Source of the DNA: Promethearchaeota archaeon
GTDB lineage: Archaea; Asgardarchaeota; Lokiarchaeia; Sigyniarchaeales; SOKP01
Reading direction: 5' to 3'
DNA length: 64,000 nucleotides
Assembly: GCA_019058445.1 (NCBI GenBank)
Contig: JAHPZA010000006.1
Location: 736,001 to 800,000 of the forward strand
The first letter of the stretch is position 1. Each line of letters begins with the position of its first letter. Positions 61,428-64,000 of the stretch are shown in pieces. The position numbers and the translations under genes are program-made. Under the pieces are notes generated by a model, which worked only from the letters and a program-made list of their open reading frames with translations, was not told the origin of the DNA and ran no database searches.

Positions 61428-61523
61428 ATCAATCTCTTATGAATAGTTTGTTTTATTATGAATTCTAAAGATCTTTATTATCTTAGATTAAGTATCTAAA
61501 TAAAGTTTTTTTATTTTCTTGCT

Positions 61524-62660
61524 TTGAAGAAATTAATCATGTCGAAGAAAAAATTAAGAGTTGGTGTAATAGGATGCGGGAATGCTGCAAAAATCGGGCA
61601 TTTACCAACTTATCAAAAATCCCCCCTCTCAGAAATTATAGCTATTGCTGATCCCTCAGAGGCTCATCTTAAAAAAGTTCAAGATATGTATAATGTTCCT
61701 AAGGCATATAATAATCCTGATGAATTACTAGATGATCCCGATGTAGATGCTGTTAGTATTTGTTCTCCTCACTGGGCTCATCTTAATCAAGTTCTCAGAG
61801 CAGCTAAAAATGGAAAACATATTTTATGTGAAAAACCTCTTGGTTTAAATCTAGAAGAAGTTGATAAAATGATTAAGGCTGTAGAGAAAAATAAAATTTT
61901 ATTTCAAACTGCTACTCAAAAAAGATTTGATTATGGTTTTCAATATCTTAAAGAACAGATTATGAAAAAAACAATTGGAGATATCTTTCACGTTTCAATT
62001 TTTTGGTATCATTCTATGACTGATCTCGGACCAAATCCAAGGAAAGAATTAATTGAAGAAATAGGCATGTGGAGGTTAACAGATGAGCGTTGTGGTGGTG
62101 GAGATTTACTTGATCACGGACCTCATTATTTTGATTTGCTTAGATGGTGGTTTGGTGATATAAAAAGTGTTTACGCTCAAGTTCGGCGGATTAATCAAAG
62201 TAGGGTTAACGAAGATCATATAAATATAATTTTAACATTTAAAAATAAGGACATAACTGCATCTTTTGAACGTTCGCAAGCCATATTTGGAGATCGGTTC
62301 GGAGAAGAAATAGGAAAGATACATGGAATAAAAGGGAATTATTTTTTTGAGGTTCCTCACGCCTATTTCTTAAAACCAATGAAGATTCAACAACAAACTA
62401 GGAGAAAAAGCTTGGAAAATATAGGAAAAGAACTACCTAAGGACGAATGGAATCTTTCTTTCGCACGCGAGGTTCGATCATTTATAAACCAAGCATTAGA
62501 TGTTTCAAACGATGATGTTGGATTTCCAGAAAAATGGATTCCAACGATATATGATGGTAGGGCAGCTTTGGAACTGGTTTTAGCGTCATATGAATCTTCT
62601 CGAACTCAAAAAATAATTAATTTACCCTTAAAAAAATATACACCACCAGTTTGGTGTTAA
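61524..62660 (+). CDS. Gfo/Idh/MocA family oxidoreductase
   Basis: GVIGCG, LCEKP and GGGDLLDHGPH motifs; probable ATG start at 61539. Confidence 0.9.
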   Translation: MKKLIMSKKKLRVGVIGCGNAAKIGHLPTYQKSPLSEIIAIADPSEAHLKKVQDMYNVPKAYNNPDELLDDPDVDAVSICSPHWAHLNQVLRAAKNGKHILCEKPLGLNLEEVDKMIKAVEKNKILFQTATQKRFDYGFQYLKEQIMKKTIGDIFHVSIFWYHSMTDLGPNPRKELIEEIGMWRLTDERCGGGDLLDHGPHYFDLLRWWFGDIKSVYAQVRRINQSRVNEDHINIILTFKNKDITASFERSQAIFGDRFGEEIGKIHGIKGNYFFEVPHAYFLKPMKIQQQTRRKSLENIGKELPKDEWNLSFAREVRSFINQALDVSNDDVGFPEKWIPTIYDGRAALELVLASYESSRTQKIINLPLKKYTPPVWC

Positions 62661-62805
62661 TAAAAAAGTCTCAAAAAAATTCTTAAGTACTGAATTAATT
62701 AATTTGAGGACATGATTTTTACTTTAATTTATACCAAGAGACAATATTTAATAAAATATCTTATACATAGTGTAAGATAATTTTTATTTTGCCTTTTTCA
62801 TTCAA

Positions 62806-63657
62806 TTGAGTAATAATAATTTAATTGAAAAATTACGGAGATTTGAAATGTCATACGAAAAGTATAAACTTCTTAAAATTCGCGTTCATAGGGGTGTTGC
62901 ATTTACCACAATTAATAATCCACCTATCAATCTTATAACCACAGAACTTGTCGCAGAGCTTTCAATGTTTTCTCAAGAAGTCGTAGCGGACGAGAAAGTT
63001 CGGGTTATAGTTTTCGATAGTGCCGATCCCGACTTTTTTCTCGCACATTATGATGTTGGGGAATTGAATGAACTCCCAGATGAAGCACCCCCTAAATCCA
63101 CTGAGCTTCATGAATATAATAAGGTTATTGAAGCTTTTCGTACTATGCCTAAAATATCGATTGGCAAGATCGAAGGGATTGCCCGTGGTGGAGGAAGTGA
63201 ATTCATATTAGGGCTTGATATGAGATTTGGGGCGATTGGTAAGACAATCGTAGGGCAACCAGAAGTTTTAGTGGGTATTATTCCCGGAGGGGGTGGTACT
63301 CAGCGACTCCCCCGCTTGATGGGGCGCTCCCGAGCAATGGAAGTCATTCTTAGCGGAAGCGATCTTTCCGCAGAATTAGCTGAACGTTATGGGTATATCA
63401 ATCGTGCTTTTCCCCCAGAAGAACTGAATTCATTTGTTAAAGTTCTTGCCTATCGGATTGCATCTCTCCCACCAGAGACAATTGCATTAGCAAAAAAAGC
63501 AGTATTAGCTGCTGAAGAATTGCCCATCGTTGAAGGTTTGCTCGAAGAGACATACTTATTCAATCAAGCTGTAGCCTTACCGGCAGCAAAAAAAAGAATG
63601 TCCCTTCTTCTTAAAATGGATGGTCAATCACGCGAAATGGAACGTGGAAGTAGATAA
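62806..63657 (+). CDS. Enoyl-CoA hydratase/isomerase family protein
   Basis: NNPPIN, FFLAHYD, ARGGGSE and QPEV.VGIIPGGGGTQRL motifs; probable ATG start at 62848. Confidence 0.9.
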   Translation: MSNNNLIEKLRRFEMSYEKYKLLKIRVHRGVAFTTINNPPINLITTELVAELSMFSQEVVADEKVRVIVFDSADPDFFLAHYDVGELNELPDEAPPKSTELHEYNKVIEAFRTMPKISIGKIEGIARGGGSEFILGLDMRFGAIGKTIVGQPEVLVGIIPGGGGTQRLPRLMGRSRAMEVILSGSDLSAELAERYGYINRAFPPEELNSFVKVLAYRIASLPPETIALAKKAVLAAEELPIVEGLLEETYLFNQAVALPAAKKRMSLLLKMDGQSREMERGSR

Positions 63658-63840
63658 AATTTCATGAAAAATACAAGTTCTTCTCTAATTTCTTATTTTT
63701 TTATTCAATTTAAGGGAAAGCAGTCATTTTTTTATAAAATCCAATTCAATGAATGTAGTTGATTTGATTAATTAATTATATTTATATTTCCAGCAAATCA
63801 AATATAACTTAATTTTAAAATTTAAATGAGGGTATATTAT

Positions 63841-64000
63841 ATGAAATACGGACGTTTTAAATTTCTTAAAATTCGCATTGATCAAGGAGTTGCATTTGTA
63901 ACAATTGATAATCCCCCTATGAACCTTTTGAATATGCAACTAATAGGCGAATTTAATCGTCTGCAGAGAAAAATTGCTAGAGACGATGAAGTACGGGTAA
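63841..64000 (+). CDS. Second tandem enoyl-CoA hydratase paralog, 3' truncated by window edge
   Basis: MKYGRFKFLKIRIDQGVAFVTIDNPPMNLL...RDDEVRV aligns with the N-terminus of the 62848 protein. Confidence 0.8.
   Translation, partial: MKYGRFKFLKIRIDQGVAFVTIDNPPMNLLNMQLIGEFNRLQRKIARDDEVRV

Noticed and set aside
1-64000. CRISPR arrays, tRNA/rRNA genes, transposases/integrases, selenoprotein Fe-S genes
   Set aside because: I saw no regularly spaced repeats, GC-rich structural RNA blocks or recombinase motifs; all Cys motifs in the Hdr-like genes use TGT/TGC.

Overview
AT-rich archaeal-type window (roughly 30% GC by eye, not computed). The gene content includes expanded FAD-oxidase/CCG Fe-S pairs, a wHTH-V4R regulator, a corrinoid/MT2 pair, a PAS histidine kinase, lineage-style 7TM and Zn-ribbon proteins and a GH57 branching enzyme. 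This most resembles a Lokiarchaeia-type Asgard archaeon (inference). There are about 50 CDS, mostly for catabolic, redox, lipid and transport functions. I found no rRNA, tRNA, CRISPR array or transposase. The standout signal is a 31-nt insertion (16445-16475) in a CCG/HdrD-like Fe-S protein gene, which folds into a canonical bulge-helix-bulge (BHB) motif. Cutting at the canonical endonuclease positions restores the CxxCxxC motif (CLRCSI|CKW) and gives a 435-aa protein, the same length as the intron-less tandem paralog (CIRCSICKW). It is therefore a candidate tRNA-endonuclease-spliced mRNA intron. Other notable items are tandem duplications with remnants, two surface proteins sharing a promoter and collagen-like N-terminus but with different C-terminal domains, an 8x 2TM His-rich membrane protein coupled to an ABC transporter, and an orphan glycyl radical enzyme with a possible decayed activase.
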